Positions 40,272 through 52,090 of a stretch of DNA of 64,000 nt are shown piece after piece. The DNA lies in the NCBI GenBank assembly GCA_043228905.1, contig JBHGNT010000004.1:16802001-16866000 (forward strand), given 5' to 3'. The DNA is from Azolla caroliniana (Eukaryota; Plantae; Polypodiophyta). A program made the position numbers and the translations under genes. The notes under the pieces were generated by a model. The model was not told the DNA's origin and searched no databases. It saw only the letters and a program-made list of their open reading frames with translations. Position 1 is the first letter of the stretch; every line of letters begins with the position of its first letter.

Positions 40272-43200
40272 ACCATAGGACGTTTCGGAGGGAAAGACGC
40301 CACAAGTTATTTGGAGGCTTACCGGGCCGAAATGATCATGAGGGATATCCCGGTGGACAGGCGGCTGTCCGGATTCCCTCGGGTGGTGACGTTGGGCATC
40401 CATGTGGAGGTGCTCGAGGTGCTGGCCAGATGCCAGACTTGGGAGGAGTTTGAGCTGCAACTCCTCGAGAAGTACGGGTTTGACGACTTGCTTCGGCTGT
40501 CGAGGCGGGACTTCATGGCGTTGGTGGAAAGCCCCGGAAAAGTGAGGAACACGTCGGTGCTCCTCCAGGAGTTCGAAAAACGGTTCGCGCGGCTGTCAAC
40601 GCTAGACCGGACGGTGCTCGAAACAAGTCGAGTACTGCTGTTTGTCAAGTCGGTGGATGCGCTCGATAGGGAAAAGGTAGGGCCCCTATTGGAAACGGAC
40701 GAAGGGCTCACGACGGACTGGGCCGTGGTAAAATGGGTCTGCAGCCGTTTCGACAAACGGTCGTGATTGGAGTGATGGAAGCACTTCGGGGTCGGGGCCG
40801 GTCCCGGGGAGGAGGCTCGAGGAGCCGGTTCCGGTGCCGACTGGGAGGAAGGAAGAGACCCGAATCTGGCCGGAGTCGGGGTCAGCATCGAACGACGTGG
40901 TCAGAGGCCCATCCGGAGGAGCTAACACAGATAGTGCGTGAACCTGCAGATCGCACACGCCCGAAGAGACAGCGGTGAACAACCTCAAGACCGGAGTTCG
41001 CCGGCTGGGCAGCGGTGCATGTGGTGTGATGTGATTGGTCACATTCGGAAGGATTGCGCAGATTTCGCCGACGCGCTCAGGACCAACGTGGTGTACCTCT
41101 TGAACGGGCGGGTGCACGCGAGCGAGACCCGAAGAGCCCTGGAACTTAATACAGGGCGTGGTGGAATGAAGAGGTTGATGGAAGAGGCCGCGGCACGGCA
41201 CGTCGAAGCCGTTAACTACTCAGTGTCGGCGGGAATTCGGGTCGGGGGTGATGAGACCTGGAAGGCGAAGGACTCCGGATTTTGGCCGCTAGTGCTAGAA
41301 GGCCTCTCCGGAGTTCGGCTGAGGAAGGAAGAGGCGGACCACGCGGAACAACGGGTTCAGGAGGTCACCGGTTGGGACGATCCGTTCGAAGAGAAAACGG
41401 GCTTCGTAGAAGCCGCTTGCCAGAACTACGAGGTTCTAGTGGAGGACAAACGGGCAGGAAAGGCCGGAGGGGTTGGCCCCCCGAGGTATGAAACCCGGTT
41501 CGGATCGAAACCGACCGGTGCCGGCAACCCGGGTGTGCCGGATGGGAAGAAGCAGTCGGGGTTTCGGTTGAGCACCGAAATCGAGAGAGCAACGGACCTA
41601 CGGAAGGTCCTTGAAGAGCGAATCCTCGACAGTAAAGTGGAGATGTCGTTGCGGGAGGTGTTGGGAATCGCCAAGAGGGAGTTCCACGACTCTATCGTAG
41701 ACTTGGTGAAGCGGAAGAGGCTCTCGACGGAGCCGGAACCGGAGAAGCCGGTGGAAGTGCGGACCATGCACCTGGAAGATGGAGCCCTGGAAGATGAGCT
41801 GGCAGGAAGCCACTACACGAAGCCGCATTGGGCCAGGGCGACTACGGAAACCCCTGTACGGATCGGCAACATTCTAGAACCGGTGGTGGCGTTGGTAGAC
41901 CATGGATCCGAAATCAACCTGATGTCCATGGATTTCTACAAGAAGGGTAAATGGCCGATCAACACCAAGCATGGCCGGAAGATACGGGCAGCGACGCGCG
42001 CCACGGAAGAACTACATGGGGCCTGTCTGAATGTACGGGTGAAAATCGGTGATGTCGAGATCGACCATCACTTCTTCGTGCAGGAGACGTCCTCGCATCC
42101 GGTTATACTAGGAGAGCCATATATCACGGTTGCACGGATGGAGACCAAGGTGCTGGACAACGGTTCAGCCTATGCAAGAGTCAAGAGCCAGGACGAGCTT
42201 CACTCGGTCCAGTTCCTAACGGTGCGACCAAACCACGAGCGTAACCGCGAGGCCCTCGGCAGTGAAACACGAGGGGATTTTTAGAGAGGGCTATCAAGGC
42301 GTGGGGCCGCGATAGTCCGGACACCCAGGAAGAACCCCACAAAGGTACAGTACAGAAGAAGACCTGTACCATAGGTAGGAAATTTTGGTTCTCCGACAAC
42401 GGAGGTTGTACTATAACCAGCGTCAGCGGCAGGGAGAGGAAGCGAGCGGAGGAGCGGCTCAGGGGATGCGGAGTCCTCTTCCCCGATGAGGGCATCAGCG
42501 GCGCCGTGGAGGTGGTCTCTTTTGACGACACCTTGGGCGAACTACGAAAGGTGATCGGTGAAGACCTTAGAGAAGACTGGACCGTTCCAGTGGGGTCAAT
42601 GGGAATGTACGAAGTCATCGCAGACTTCGGGGAAAGGATCGGGTCGGATCGGACGGCCCACGTGGATATGAAATACAAGACTGTGGACCAGAAGGTGAGG
42701 CCAGTCGCGGCACCCTTGCCTGAGGGCAGCGAGGAGCGGATAAAAGGGGTCGCGTCGGACCCAAGTTTACGAAATCCGGCTGGCATAGGGCACCGGTTCA
42801 TCGACATAACGCTACGGGAGCTCAAGGTCGGTGGGGGCGGCTTCCTACTGCCGGCAGAGGAGGACCGGTTTCAGAGAATGCTCAGGAGGCACTGGAAGGC
42901 TTTCGCATTCTTACTGGAGGAGATCGGGTGCGTAGACCCGATAGTTGTCGAACCGATGGTGATCTTCACGGTACCGCATGTACCGTGGAATCTCAAGCCG
43001 ATTCCGGTGCCAAGAGTTCACATCCCAAAGTTGATGGAGCTCCTAAAGCAAAAGGTGGAGATGGGCATCCTCGAACCGTCGAGTGCCCCGTACTCGAATC
43101 GGTGGTTTACGGTGCCGAAGAAGAACGGCACGCTGCGCTTCATCCAAGACCTACAACCGGTCAACAAGGTGACCATCCGTAATGCAGGGATCGGACCGAC

Positions 43201-46200
43201 CATAGACGAGTTCGCGGAGGCCTTCGTTGAAAGGTCGATGTCTTCTGTCGGTGATCTGTACTCGGGGTACGATCAGTTCCAACTAGCCGTGGAGAGCAGA
43301 GACATTACGACGATGCGGACTCCTCTCGGCCTAGTGCGGATGTGTACCCTGCCACCAGGAGGGACGAACTCAGTGGCTCACATGGTGAACGCGATGAACA
43401 AAGTGCTCAGGGATTGTATCCCAGACATCACCATGCCGTTCTAAGACGACATCCCGATCAAGGGATGCCCGGTGGAGAAAAGGGATGAGGCAATCGGGCC
43501 GGACGGATGTCGGAATTTCGTGGTGTCCCACATCGATGATTGCGAGAAGGTGCTGTAGAGACTAGAGCGTGCGAGGCTCACCTTCTCTGGGGAAAAATCG
43601 GCCTTCGGACATTCGGAGATCTTGGTGGTCAGACACCTATGCAGGCCTTACGGTAGGAAACCGTCTCCGGCAAAGGTAGAGGCCATCTCCGCGATGAGGA
43701 ACGTTTGCGGGTCGGTCACGGAGGTCCGCAAATTCTTGGGGGCATGCGCGTTCTACCACATCTGGATCCCGCACTACGCACATGTCGCGGAACCCCTCTA
43801 CGGACTATTGAAAAAGGGGCGTAGCTTTGAGTGGAGGACGGAGCACACGGAGTCAGTTCGAAGACTAAAGGAGGCGCTTACGGCAGCGCGGGCTCTCCGT
43901 AAAGCGGTTTGCGGCAAGGATGTTCCCATCTGCGTAACGGTGGACACCAACCCGACCGGGATCGGGTGGGTAATCAGTCAGGAGGACAAGGGCGGCGTAC
44001 GATTCCCGATCTGGTTCGGGGCGAAGGTATTGAGCGAGCGGCAGTGAGGGTACGCCCAAGTTAAGCGCGAACTTTGGGATGTCATTTCGGCAGTCAAGGC
44101 CGACAAGGATTATCTGATCGAGACGGAGGTGATTATCGAGAAGGACTGCCTGCCGGATGCGCGACACCGGACCTAGCAATGCTCCGGTAGATAGCGTACA
44201 TTAAGTCCCTGAACCCGGAGATACGGCACATCTCCAGAAAGGACAATGCCATGGCCGACATGCTTTCGAGGGCAAGGTTCAACGACAAAGACGGCATGGT
44301 TTCGGAAGACGAAGAAGTCGGCGAGGACTTCTTCGGGTCGGCTAACGTAACGACGAGGAAATGGAACACTCCGGCGCTTAACGAATTTGACGAAAGCAGG
44401 TACGACGGGGAGTGGCTCCAAATCGGGAGGTTCCTACGGACGCTGACGCCGGACGCAGCATGGGCGAGAGAGGAGGCGAGCAGGATATGGAGGAAGGCGT
44501 ATCGATTCTTCCTGCGGCACGGGTGCATATGGAAGCACCCAAAGAAGAGAAGCGGCATCCCACTCCGAGTAGTGGCAAAGAAAGAAGAACAGGGGAGACT
44601 ATTGGCGGCATTCCACGAGAGCCCATGGGCCGGACACCGCGGAACGTGGGCCACGTTCGAGAAGCTGAAGGAGAAGTACTAGTGGCCGAGGCTATACCAG
44701 GACGTGCATCGGTTCGTAACGACTTGCGAAAGCTGTCAGATACACTCCGTAGTCTGACACCGGGACGAGCTACACCCGACCTTCCCGCCTACGGTCCATT
44801 TCAAGTGGATGGTGGACTTGGTGACGATGCCTATGGGGGTAGGATAGATGTGATACCTGGTGCTTGCACGGGAAGACTTAACGAACCAGGTGGAAGGCCG
44901 TGCACTGCAAAGCAAGACAACCGCGGCGGTATGCCGGTTCCTGATCGAAGAAGTAGTGTGTCGGTACGGGTGCGTCGGGAGGATCGTGGTGGACCGGGGA
45001 GAGCTGGATGCACGGGAGGCCGAGGAGTTGTTCGACCAACTAGGCGTCAAACTCTCCCTCACCACGGCGTACAATCCGGAGGCGAACAGAAAGGTGGAAC
45101 GTGGGCACGGACCGATTGTAAAGGCGTTGGAGCGTGCATGCGGTGGGCAGGTCGGGAATTGGCCTCGACTCCTTCCTTACGCGCTATGGGCGGACCGGAC
45201 TACGCACAGTTCGGTGACAGGGTTTATGCTGGCGGAGCTAATGTACGGACAAAAGCCGATCATGCCGGTGGAACGGACGATTTCTTCGTGGGCGGCGGTA
45301 GATTGGAAGGACGAAATGAGCCGGGAGGAGTTGCTGGCGGCGCAGATTCGGCAACTCGAGCGGAGGCCGGAGGACGTGATACAGGCGAAGGAAAAGCTGC
45401 GAGCGGCAAGGGAGCGGAACAAGACCCGGTTCAACTGGACGCATTGGTTGCGACCAAAGAAGATCGAGGAAGGCGACTGGGTCTTGGTATACGACAGCAA
45501 CCTCGACAATCAGCACAAGGCGGTGTGAAAGTTTGCTAGGAGATGGTTCGGGCCATACATGGTGACGAGCACGAACGACAACGGCACGTACCACCTCGCG
45601 GAACTCGACGGGACACGGTTAGTGGTGATGGTGGCCGGAAAGCGGATCAAAGCTTTCAAAAAGCAGTTCGAAGATGAGTCGGAGCCTGCGAGCGGGAGCG
45701 ACAACAACGATCAGTTCGGGTTCGGCGGAGAATCGGAGAGCAACGAGTGAGGCCAGGTTTCTTCGATATCTACTCATCTCTGGCGCATACCGGTGGATGC
45801 GCGGTTTGGTGGGGGTGGATGTCGTGAAGAAAACCGGCCATAGGAGGAATCAGAGAGAAAGCGCGTAAACGGGCCCTTATATGGATGGACGCGTGACTTG
45901 TTATTTGTACACGAACCGGTGGATGTAAATACTAAGCCGCACGCATTTATTAGGGGAGGGAATTGTGCGTATCCCGGTCAGAGGGACAGGGAATAAAGGG
46001 AAGAGGACAAGGGAAAACGGGTATCTCGTGTTGGGAAAGGAAAAGGGGTTGCTGCAGAAGGGAAGGAGGGAGCTCTCTCTCTTCGACTCGAATCGTTGCT
46101 CTCTGCGGGTGTCGGGAGGTCGCTGCCTCTGCTTCGTGGACAGCCCGTGTGCTTCCAGCAGAGTCGCTCCCTTTCCCCTTTTGTTTCTTTGAGTCGTGTG

Positions 46201-46421
46201 ACTATTGTCGGTGTGCGTGAGTAGGGTCCCCGTGTCGGGTCCGTCGCCGCTTTGTCGGTTGTAACTGTCGGAGTTTGTAATCTCTTGTCATTATAATTAA
46301 GTGTTACGTTCTATATCTCTCTTTCTTGCTTTGACGGGTCGGTGAATCTCTCTCTCTCTCCTCGGTCCAAGACCCCCGTGGTCCCGCCCCTTTCTACACG
46401 TACGCGCGTAACAACGTGACA
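40272..46421 (+). mobile_element. Ty3/gypsy element F (same family as C/G; 5' LTR and PBS deleted), inserted in the integrase of C
   Basis: Gag restarts at ~40272; gag-PR ends 42284 and a decayed pol runs to ~45750. PPT then 3' LTR 45820-46421 (TGTCGT..GTGACA). The right flank ACGC resumes the integrase of C (DAQEAELFDRLG). Confidence 0.85.
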
Positions 46422-49214
46422 ACGCGCAGGAAGCTGAGTTATTTGACCGACTAGGGGTCAAACTCTCCCTCACTACGACGTAAAATCCGGAGGCAAACGA
46501 GAAAGTGGAACGTGGCCACGGGCCCATTGTGAAGGCATTAGTACGTGCATGCGAAGGACAGGTCGGGAATTGGTCGCGGCTCCTTCCTTACACGTTATGG
46601 GTGGATCAGACTACGCAAAGTTCGGTGACGGGGTTCATGCTAGCGAAGCTGATGTATGGGCAAAAACCGATCATGCCGATGGAGAAAACAATCACTTCGT
46701 GGGTCGCGATGGATTGGGGGGACGAGATGAGCCGGGAGGAGCTATTGGTGGTGCGAATCCGGCAACTTGAGCGAAGACCGGAAGACGTGGAGCGGGCGAA
46801 GAAGAAGCTGCGTACATCACGAGAAAGAAACAAAGGTCGGTTCAACCATACGCATCGACTGAGGCCGAGGAAGATCGAGGAGGGTGACTAGGTGCTGGCA
46901 TACGGCAACAGCCTCGACAATCAGCACAAGGCAGTGTGTAAGTTTGCGAGGAGATGGTTCGGGCCCTATACGGTAACGAGCACGAACGACAACGGCACAT
47001 ATCATCTCGCGGAGCTCGACGAGACACGAATGGCGGTGCCTGTAGCAGGAAAAAGGGTCAAGGTATTCAAGAAGCGGCAAGAGGAAGAGCCAGACCCGGA
47101 ATGCGCCATTGACGACGATGACCGGCTTGAAATGAATGATGATTCGGGCAGCGACGGGTGATGGCGGGCCGGTTTTCTCCGGCAAGCGTTGTATCTGGCG
47201 CGTACCGGTGGACGCATGGTTTAGTGGGGGTGGATGTTGTGGAGAAACCGCCCCCTAGGAGGAATCAAGAGGAACCGTGTATGAACCGGCCCTTACATGA
47301 GTGGGCGTGTGAATAGATCACTTGTATATAATTATGAATAGGTTGGTTGATGTAAATATACTAGGTATGACATATTTATTAGGAAATCTATGTGTATCTC
47401 TGTCCGAAGGGACAGAGAATAAAGTGACATGACTGAGGGAGAACGCTCTCTCCTCGACGACCTATATAAGGGAAGGGAGAAGAGGACATAGGGTATCGTG
47501 GTTCTGTGAGGACGAAGTGCTAACAGACTGGGTACCGAGCGGTCACTATTCCTCCTCCCATCATCCTCTGCGGGTTTCGGAGTTCGTTGCCTCTGCTTCG
47601 TGGATAGCCCGTGTGCTTCTAGCAGAGGCCCTCCCCTTGCCTCCCCCCCCTTTTTCTTTTTGCGTTTCAATATTGGCATGGTTTGCCTATGTGTGTGCGT
47701 GGAACCCCGAGCTAGGTCTGTCACTGGCTTGCCAGTTGTAATCGTTATTGGCATTATAATCGAATCTTCTGTTTGTCTCTCTCCCTTTTTCTGTGTTTCA
47801 GCAAACGCTCTTTCTTCTCTCTCTCACGTTCCTTGGTTCAGGGCCCCCGCGGTCCTGTCTCTTTTCACGTGCGAAAGTGAAGCAACACGACACTGGTCCC
47901 CATACATCCGAGTGTATGACGTCGAGGAGGCATTTGCTCGTGTGGCTCTCCTTCGGGAATGGGAGTCGATGTTGTTTGCCGAGTTGACATGCTTCGCATA
48001 CTCGGTTGACTCGTTTCGACTCAAATGCCGGAAGTCCGATGACGACTCCCTTCGTTTGCATCGCTCGAAGTTGTTGGAGGTTTATGTGGCCGATTCTCTT
48101 GTGCCACAACTCGATGCTTGTCTCGGTTTTGAGACCGTTAGCGTACATTGCCGATTTCACCTCGTTCGAATCAAGGATGAACATTCGGCCGTCTCTCTTA
48201 CATTCTTGATGCAAGTTTGCTCGCCTTCTTTCCTGAATGGGACATTGCCGATGTGCCGAATGGGGTGTGTGGTGTCATCTCCCGTCTCTATGAAGCGAGG
48301 TCGATCTGGCATTCGTAAATCACGAAACCACTCTTCGCGAGATGTCATGTGATGTGAGGCGCTGGAGTTGACGAACTACACGTCTCCCGAGTTGAAGGTG
48401 CTTGCAGAGTTGGAGGTCATCATAGAGTTCACTCTATGCCTCATTACGAACATTCCGCCATGGTCTCCGTAGTTGGAATTTGATGCGTGATTCGTGAACA
48501 TTACGCTACGATTGTCGTAGTCGGAGTTCGATGTGTAGTTTGTGAGTTGTCGACTTGTTGATGACGACTCACTTCTCTTTTTCCGACACTCCGCTCATAA
48601 TGGCCGATTTTGCCACAATAATTGCAAGTTGCGGGCCTCGTTTGCCGACCATGTTCGGCGTGGAAGCTCCCCCTAGTTCCGAAGGTTCCTTGATGGCTTC
48701 CGTGAAGGTTTGAGTTCCCTTCGTGTGATGGGTCAAATTGACCTCTTCTACCGCCGTGACCTTGTCCTTGGCCACCATCCGAGCTTGAGAAGAACATTTG
48801 GTCTTCCGACTTCTTCATCTTGGTTTGGACATGTTTCTCTTCGACCAATAGCATTGATTGGAGGTCGAAGAATGAAGGAGGGTTTTCTCTTGCCAAGATT
48901 GCCGTCTGTAATGGATCAAATCGTTGTGCGAGGCCGCCTAAGCATACTTGAACCATCTCGTCTTCATCGACATTTATGTTGATGGAGCCAAGTGAGTCGC
49001 AAATGTTCTTGATCTTGGTGGTGTAGTCCGACACGGACATGTCTTTTTGTCGAATGTTATTCAACCCTTGTCGGAGTCGAAGCTTTCGGGCGGTTGTGTT
49101 GGTGGCGAACATTTTCTTTAAGTTCGCCCACGCTGTCGTAGTGTAGGTTGCACACTATGTGGAAATTATATTTTTGTCCCTCCGGATAGAGAATGGAGTG
49201 CTCGGTGAGAACCG

Positions 49215-49365
49215 GAAGAAAACGGCATACCGGCAAGAAGGAAGAAAACGGCATACCGGCAAGGAGGGAAAACGGCATACCGGCAAGAAGGAGGGAAAAC
49301 GGCATACCGGCAAGGAGGAAAAACGGCATACCGGCAAGGAAGAAAACGGCATACCGGCAAGGAAG
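49215..49365 (+). repeat. Six tandem 25-28-bp units (GAAAACGGCATACCGGCAAG...) in the U3 of the G LTR (copy at ~55761-55911)
   Basis: Seen directly in both LTRs. Confidence 0.92.
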
Positions 49366-50050
49366 AGCCGGATAAAGAGACATAAATGTAAAAAGAAAGG
49401 AAATACTCACTACTGCGCAGGGCGTGATTCGAACTCTGCACCTCCACGTTGACAAACCCCAACCTTACCATTACATTAACTTATCTTAAGTGTTTTAAAT
49501 ATAGATTTAATACGTATAAGACCTTTATTTATGCATACCTTTATTAAAAGGTAAATCGTGTATTTTTTTAATATATGAAAAAGAAAAACGCGAGACACTA
49601 AAAATAACTCATGCACATCTAGCGTGCATGAGCCCTATACTTAGGAAATAAAAAAGCATCACATGCACATTTTAGTGGACATGAACACTAAAAAAAAAGC
49701 ATGAAGCCATGCTTAGCTCTTCCTTCCTTATATAAGGAGGAGAGAAATATGTAAAGGGTTGTTGATTATTTGGATTAAGTATTAATTAATACAAAAATTA
49801 TTCGTGGGATTCACGATTTATACGTCTACTTCTCTCTTAACACCCTAAGTACCAATTAATATAGTATACTCGTGTGATTCACGAGTTTCTTATATTTCTC
49901 TTCGTTATTTATTCATAATTAATCTCTATCTCACGAACTTCTTTCTCCTAGTCCAAGACCTCTGTGGTTCCCACCCGACTCACGCAACGATCCGGAGCCG
50001 AAAGGCACGACACAGTTGGTGAACCCGACGTGAAGACGGGTGGCAAGGAG

Positions 50051-52090
50051 ATGGAGGCTCAACAAGCTCACAATATGATGGCGATGTTCGAACGGATGCT
50101 TCAAGAACAACGCACGATGTCGGAGATTTCGGCATCAGTAGAGCGGCTCGTGCAACGCAACGGGCAATTTAATGGTAAGGATGTGTCGCGATATTTGCAG
50201 GACTACAAGGCGGAGATGCTCCGGTGCCGGGCTTCGGAAGGACTGCAAGTGACATCCTTTAACCGGGTGGCGACCGACGGGCTTCAAGGGAGTATCCACG
50301 GGTTGCAACAACAAAATCCGACGTGGGAAGCATTCGAAGGGGCGTTAAAGACCACGTTTGCCATCGAGGACTCCTCCAAGGCAACGCGGAGGGGATTCGA
50401 GGATTGGGTGGAAACGTCAGGTAAGGGGCTGAAGGTCCTCGAAGTGTTTTCGACATTCGAAAGTCGGTTCGGGAGGTTGTCCACGAGAGATCAAACTATT
50501 CTTGCACCGGACAAAGTCATCATGTTTTTGCGAGCTGTGGACGTCCGGGACCGGAAAGATCTCGGAGTGCTTCTTGAGGACACGACCACCGAAAGCGGCC
50601 TCACCGAAACATGGGAAAGCGTGCGGGATATCGTCGCGCGGTACACGAAGAGGGGGCAATGGCTTGCCAACGAAGAAAAGAGGGTTTCGGAACCGATTCC
50701 GAAACCGAGAACGGGACTGGAAGACCATCAACCGAGGGCTCGGGAGATTACGGCCGAGAAGGGAGTCGACGCGTCTACGGTGGAGCAGCTGCTGAAGGAG
50801 ATGGAGAATCTAAAGATCGCGATGGTGAAGAAGTCGGATGATCGCCCCACAAGCTCCAAATATACGGATCGACGGTGCATATGGTGCGATAGCGCCGAAC
50901 ACGATCGGAGGGATTGCGACGACCATAAGGAGGCGCTACGACGGGATCTCATCTACTACGAGGGAAACCGGATTCATTCGATGGACTCTCGAAAGCCACT
51001 CCGACCGAACTTCCGGAAAGGCGGCATGAAGAAGGTGCTCGAGGAGGAGTTAGCGGCAAGAAGCAACTATGCGACAACCGCGGGAATATGTGTCGGGGAG
51101 TCAACGGGAGCGAAGGCGTCTTTCTGGCCGGAGGTGCTAGGAAACACCGAGAAAACCGACTCCAACGATATCCGAAACACCGCGGAAGGCGTCCGGGAAG
51201 CTACGGGATGGGAGTGCCCTGTCGACAAGAATAGCATATACGCCCTGTGTCAATTACATGAGGTGTATGTGGACGAGAAACGACGGCGCACGGAGGATGC
51301 GGCCGGACCATCGAAGATACCGGAAAGTTGGAACTCCGGAGGTAAGGGAAAAGAAAAGGCGACTCCGGCATTCAAGCTCGCCTCGGACATAGAACAACAA
51401 ACCGACTTGAAAAGAGTGTTCGAGGAAAGAATCTTGGATAGCCGGGTCGATTTTTCGCTGCGGGAACTACTCGGAATAGCGAAGAAGGAGTTTCACGATC
51501 TTCTCGTGGATCTCGTGAAAAGGAAGAGACAAAGTACGGAGGAAAATGCTCCAAGGGTGAATGCAAATACCGTTTCAATGAACGACACCGAAGTGGAAGG
51601 CGAAATTCCGAACTCCCACTATACAAGGCCACACTGGGCACGTGCGACTACGGAGACTCCGGTCCGAATCGGCAACATCAAAGAACCCGTGCTAGCATTG
51701 ATTGATCACGGATCGGAGATCAACTTGATGTCCAAGGAGTTCTACCGAAAGGGGAAGTGGCCTATAAACACCAACCATGGATGGAAGATTCGGGCAGCCA
51801 CGAAAACGACAGAAGACCTATTTGCGGCTTGTCCGGATGTGACGGTAAAGATCGGGGATGTAGAAATTGACCAAAATTTCTTTGTGCAGGATGAGGTTTC
51901 ACATGCTGTCATCCTCGGCCAACCCTTTATCACGGCTTCACGGATGGAGACGAAGGTGCTCGATAGTGGTGCGGCTTTTGCGCGAATTCGGAGCCAAAAC
52001 GGAGGGAAATCCGTCCAATTCCTAACGGTGCCGGCAAATCACGAAAGGAACAAGAGGGAACTCTTGTCCCAAGTGAGAATGGATTTTTAA
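50051..52090 (+). CDS. gag: Gag-protease of G
   Basis: Uninterrupted ORF with zinc knuckle CIWCDSAEHDRRDC and aspartic protease ALIDHGSEINLM. Confidence 0.9.
   Translation: MEAQQAHNMMAMFERMLQEQRTMSEISASVERLVQRNGQFNGKDVSRYLQDYKAEMLRCRASEGLQVTSFNRVATDGLQGSIHGLQQQNPTWEAFEGALKTTFAIEDSSKATRRGFEDWVETSGKGLKVLEVFSTFESRFGRLSTRDQTILAPDKVIMFLRAVDVRDRKDLGVLLEDTTTESGLTETWESVRDIVARYTKRGQWLANEEKRVSEPIPKPRTGLEDHQPRAREITAEKGVDASTVEQLLKEMENLKIAMVKKSDDRPTSSKYTDRRCIWCDSAEHDRRDCDDHKEALRRDLIYYEGNRIHSMDSRKPLRPNFRKGGMKKVLEEELAARSNYATTAGICVGESTGAKASFWPEVLGNTEKTDSNDIRNTAEGVREATGWECPVDKNSIYALCQLHEVYVDEKRRRTEDAAGPSKIPESWNSGGKGKEKATPAFKLASDIEQQTDLKRVFEERILDSRVDFSLRELLGIAKKEFHDLLVDLVKRKRQSTEENAPRVNANTVSMNDTEVEGEIPNSHYTRPHWARATTETPVRIGNIKEPVLALIDHGSEINLMSKEFYRKGKWPINTNHGWKIRAATKTTEDLFAACPDVTVKIGDVEIDQNFFVQDEVSHAVILGQPFITASRMETKVLDSGAAFARIRSQNGGKSVQFLTVPANHERNKRELLSQVRMDF

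Larger units (their letters stand above)
23908..47892 (+). mobile_element. Ty3/gypsy element C (tRNA-Trp PBS family), inserted in the integrase of B
   Basis: LTRs 23908-24578 and 47235-47892. PBS TGGTGAACCCGACGTGA 24584-24600, 4-bp TSD CCGG/CTGG. Gag-PR pieces at 24624-25043, 29438-30366 and 39444-40209; integrase C-half at 46422-47161. Confidence 0.9.

Noticed and set aside
49215-49365. Regularly spaced ~20-bp direct repeats resembling a CRISPR array
   Set aside because: The spacers are only 5-8 nt of purines and not unique. The array lies inside both LTRs in a eukaryotic context with no cas genes.
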